Origin: Nitrospirota bacterium
Lineage (GTDB): Bacteria; Nitrospirota; UBA9217
Direction of reading: 5' to 3'
Assembly (NCBI GenBank): GCA_963740085.1
Contig: CAVUCU010000001.1
Span: forward strand, 512,001 to 576,000
DNA: 64,000 bases
The notes under the pieces are model-generated. The model had not been told where the DNA came from. It did not search any database and was given only the letters and a program-made list of their open reading frames with translations. The position numbers and the translations under genes are program-made. Shown here one piece after another: positions 61,169 to 64,000 of this stretch; position 1 is the first letter of the stretch; every line of letters begins with the position of its first letter.

Positions 61169-61238
61169 CGTTCCTTACCATACGAAAACTTTCGCCCCGG
61201 AACTTAGCTTTTCGAAATTTCACCTGGGGCGAGCGATC

Positions 61239-61967
61239 TCAATCTTTTCTCACGACAATTGGCTCCAGGCCCTCGAGCATCAGTTTGCCCGCCACCTGCT
61301 CGGCACGATCCTCTGACGCATAAGAGCCCACCCGCACGCGATAGAACCTGGCAATGTTCGTTTCAAAAGGCATGATCGAGACCGCCTCGAACTTCGCATC
61401 CAGTCGCTCCTTCAGCATCCGCGCGTTCTCTTCTTCAGTGAAGACGGCCGCTTGTACCGTGTACTGCACCGTACCGCGCACTTCATCAAGGGTCTCGATC
61501 CTTACCCGCGCGACCCCCTGGGCCACAAAACCCAGCGCGCTGGCTGCTCCATAGGAGAGATCGAGAAACCTGCCCTTGAGGAACGGTCCCCGGTCGTTTA
61601 TTCTCACGTTGACGCTCTTGAAATTGTCGAGGTTGGTAACGCGTACAACAGTGCCGAGCGGCAGGGTCCGGTGCGCGGCCGAGAGGCCATACATATCGAA
61701 AATCTCACCGCTTGCCGTCTTCTTTCCGTGCAGATCCTTGCCGTACCACGTAGCCATCCCCGTCTCACGGTAGATTTCTTTCGATTCCGGCTCCGGTACA
61801 GGTACCGAAACCGGGACTGCAACCGGAGCCGCAGCGGGAGTCGGCGCAGTGGCTGCAGGTGAGGCCAACGGCACCTCCCTGCCAGCGCAGGCAGCGATCA
61901 ATGCAAACGCCAGCAGGAGACCGATTCCGATCACCCGCACACCAATTAAAGAAGAACTGAACCGCAT
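61239..61967 (-). CDS. rlpA: Septal lytic transglycosylase RlpA with SPOR domain
   Basis: Lipobox; GMATWYG, AAHRTLPLG and RINDRGPF motifs; C-terminal SPOR domain. Confidence 0.93.
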   Translation of the reverse strand: MRFSSSLIGVRVIGIGLLLAFALIAACAGREVPLASPAATAPTPAAAPVAVPVSVPVPEPESKEIYRETGMATWYGKDLHGKKTASGEIFDMYGLSAAHRTLPLGTVVRVTNLDNFKSVNVRINDRGPFLKGRFLDLSYGAASALGFVAQGVARVRIETLDEVRGTVQYTVQAAVFTEEENARMLKERLDAKFEAVSIMPFETNIARFYRVRVGSYASEDRAEQVAGKLMLEGLEPIVVRKD

Positions 61968-61980
61968 GCTGCGATCCGGC

Positions 61981-62196
61981 TTACGCGGAAGCGGCGGGCG
62001 CCGCTTCGCCGGCTTTCTTTCCTGATGACTTGTATGCCTTGGCCGTACGGAGCTTCCGCTGGGCCCGCTTCACCTTTTTGCGCGCCTCGCGTACCTCCGG
62101 AGCGGACTTACTAGCTGCTTTCGTTTTCTTCTCCGCGGCCGTTTGTTTCAGCTTTTTGATATTCTCCTGCAACTTTTCCATATTAACCTTTATCAC
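61981..62196 (-). CDS. Small basic hypothetical protein
   Basis: Lys/Ala-rich helical ORF with GAGGAG SD. Confidence 0.65.
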   Translation of the reverse strand: MIKVNMEKLQENIKKLKQTAAEKKTKAASKSAPEVREARKKVKRAQRKLRTAKAYKSSGKKAGEAAPAASA

Positions 62197-62377
62197 GTGT
62201 GCTCCTCCTCAAAAAATTGGATACTCCTGAACCGATATCGAACACTAATAATAGACAAAAGTCCTCGAGAAATCAAGCTATTTCGTAGACTTTGCAGGTT
62301 TTGTTCTGTCCGATCTTTTGACTTGATCTCTGCAGGAAACGGTGAAGGGCCGCGGGACTGTGGAATGTTAAAACAAT

Positions 62378-62413
62378 AAAAAAGGGAGTCGACCTTTTTC
62401 AAGGTGACTCCCT
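62378..62413 (-). terminator. Intrinsic terminator
   Basis: AGGGAGTC(G)ACCTT ... AAGGTGACTCCCT with an adjacent A run on the plus strand. Confidence 0.75.
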
Positions 62414-62429
62414 GTGATCGGTCCTTCCG

Positions 62430-62714
62430 TTAGCAACCTACGGCTGCCCTTTTCTTTTCCGCTTTCAAGCTCATTACGGTGTCCTTGTCTACAGTGATCT
62501 CTACCTTCTCGCCGGCCTTTACCTTGCCGAGGTCGACAGCTTTGTCGGCCTTCAGGGTCATGTCGGTGGTGGTGCCTTCCGCACAGAATACGGCCGTGCC
62601 TGCCTTCGCGTCCACGCTCTTGATGGTGCCCTTCATTGCCTCTGCTGCAACCGCCAGAGAAACCAGAGAAACAACCATAACCACTACTGCGAGAATTGCC
62701 GCTGCTTTTTTCAT
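62430..62714 (-). CDS. Small exported beta-rich protein ending in Gly-Cys
   Basis: Signal peptide; KGTIKSVD..GEKVEI OB-like pattern; AGGAGG SD. Confidence 0.75.
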   Translation of the reverse strand: MKKAAAILAVVVMVVSLVSLAVAAEAMKGTIKSVDAKAGTAVFCAEGTTTDMTLKADKAVDLGKVKAGEKVEITVDKDTVMSLKAEKKRAAVGC

Positions 62715-63020
62715 TGGTTTTACCCCTCCTAGAGTGGATTTAAAAAATGTGAGTTGTACATTACCACAAGTTCAGGAATTCTTCAATTAAAATTATAAAT
62801 ACTCTTATTTGAAAATTTTGCAGCCATAAGGGTATGTTCTCGCCCGCTTAACCCGATATTGGAAGGAAACCGACAAGAGGATCGTATGCGGGCGGTGAGT
62901 AACAGACGTTCTTCTTTGATTTGAAAGGAGAGACCGTAACGATCTTCTTTTTTGTCCTGTATCAACCGCGTAAACGCTTCTTGAGGCTAACGACATTCAA
63001 GGCGTTCATGATAACCTGGA

Positions 63021-63554
63021 CTATTCCCCCTCGAACTCCGTAAGGGCGAAAACGTTATATCCCTTTTCCAGAAGTCTCTTTTTCCCACCGACATCGGGCA
63101 GGTCCACGATGAACGAAATCTCAACGACTGTCGCGCCCAGTTTTTCGATCAGCGCGGCAGCGGCCAGTGCCGTTCCGCCAGTGGCGAGAAGGTCATCTAC
63201 AAGAAGCACCCGCTCCCCTTTTTCGAGCGCATCCTTGTGAATCTCGATCTTGTCCGTGCCATACTCAAGATCATATTCCTGAGAAACGACTTCAGCCGGG
63301 AGTTTGCCCTTCTTGCGGATGGGAATAAAACCTTTGCCAAGCGTATACGCCAGGGCCGAGCCGATAATGAAGCCGCGCGATTCAATGCCCACGATAGTAT
63401 CAAATTTAAAATCCCCCTGCATGTACCGCTGGGTCAGGGTATCGATGACGAGCCTGAAACCCACGGGGTCCTTGATCAGCGTGGTGATGTCGCGGAACAT
63501 GATGCCTTTTTTGGGATAATCGGGAACAGTCCTGATCTTAGACTTGATTGGCAT
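63021..63554 (-). CDS. apt: Adenine phosphoribosyltransferase
   Basis: PDYPKKGIMFRDIT, RKKGKLP, LEYG and VDDLLATGGT motifs. Confidence 0.96.
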   Translation of the reverse strand: MPIKSKIRTVPDYPKKGIMFRDITTLIKDPVGFRLVIDTLTQRYMQGDFKFDTIVGIESRGFIIGSALAYTLGKGFIPIRKKGKLPAEVVSQEYDLEYGTDKIEIHKDALEKGERVLLVDDLLATGGTALAAAALIEKLGATVVEISFIVDLPDVGGKKRLLEKGYNVFALTEFEGE

Positions 63555-63571
63555 TGATAAAACTCCTTTTG

Positions 63572-63642
63572 GACGGGATTAACAGGATGGACAGGATAAA
63601 AAGAAATGGGCGACTGGTCCTCGTAAATCCTGTTGTCCTGTC
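63572..63642. repeat. Intergenic palindromic element with ACAGGAT units
   Basis: GACGGGATTAACAGGATGGACAGGAT ... AATCCTGTTGTCCTGTC. Confidence 0.7.
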
Positions 63643-63652
63643 AAATGATTAT

Positions 63653-64000
63653 TCAGCACGACTCGTCATCGAAATCTCCCAGATCTTTGTACTCCTCTAC
63701 CCCCATCATATACAAATCCCCACCGTAAACATCGTTCACCACGACAGCGGGAAAGTCCTCAACCTCCAGCCGCATCACGGCCTCGGTCCCGAGATCGGGA
63801 TAAGCGATCAGTTCAGCTTTACGTATTGTCTTTGAGATAAGCGCGCCGGCGCCGCCGATGGCCGCGAAATAAATCGCCTTGTGTTTCTTGACCGCATCCT
63901 TCACTTCCTGACCGCGCGGCCCCTTTCCGATCATGCCTTTGAGACCCAGTTCAAGCAGGTAGGGAGTGTACCTGTCCATGCGGTAGCTCGTAGTCGGCCC
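63653..64000 (-). CDS. Class I fumarate hydratase / tartrate dehydratase beta subunit, 5' part outside the window
   Basis: GPTTSYRMD, MIGKG, GGAGAL, DLGTEA and FPAVVVND..GGDLY motifs. Confidence 0.92.
   Translation of the reverse strand, partial: GPTTSYRMDRYTPYLLELGLKGMIGKGPRGQEVKDAVKKHKAIYFAAIGGAGALISKTIRKAELIAYPDLGTEAVMRLEVEDFPAVVVNDVYGGDLYMMGVEEYKDLGDFDDESC

Noticed and set aside
62830-62900. Long imperfect hairpin CTCGCCCGC...GCGGGCGGTGAG downstream of apt
   Set aside because: No recognisable riboswitch or ncRNA motif; a covariance search would be needed
63641-63658. TGC-TGA at the end of the fumarase beta gene as a possible Cys-Sec terminus
   Set aside because: It lies outside the conserved domain, another TGA follows four codons later, and the downstream hairpin is a repeat element rather than a SECIS

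Overview
A 64 kb stretch of core bacterial chromosome with moderately high GC and most genes on the minus strand. Gene content and order suggest an anaerobic Nitrospirota- or Desulfobacterota-like organism (inference). It holds an ilvD-ilvB-ilvN-ilvC-psd-pssA-leuA // leuC-leuD-leuB-asd-asd cluster split by a ~3.4 kb accessory patch, and a decaheme cytochrome c. Housekeeping genes include tsaB, rimI, rluB, guaB, murJ, rpsT, holA, lptE, leuS, der, a cold-shock gene, rpsU, glgC, pepA, rlpA and apt. A pilMNOPQ operon is followed by two lipoproteins, one a large Ig-like/invasin-type protein. A NuoE/NuoF/extra Fe-S/NuoG-like module lies directly upstream of a Ni-CO dehydrogenase (cooS). Three signals stand out. 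(1) An O6-methylguanine-DNA methyltransferase has an in-frame TGA at its catalytic Cys codon, followed by a SECIS-like hairpin, so it is a probable selenocysteine DNA-repair suicide enzyme; it also carries an in-frame REP-like palindrome. (2) The cooS locus looks like an electron-bifurcating CO dehydrogenase with an unusual fourth Fe-S subunit and no acsB, cooC or cooF. (3) A 64-bp duplication of the leuA terminator brackets a two-gene cassette. Many intergenic spacers are filled by palindromic REP/MITE-like elements. I saw no rRNA, complete tRNA, CRISPR array, transposase or integrase. All calls come from reading the sequence by eye; no searches were run.
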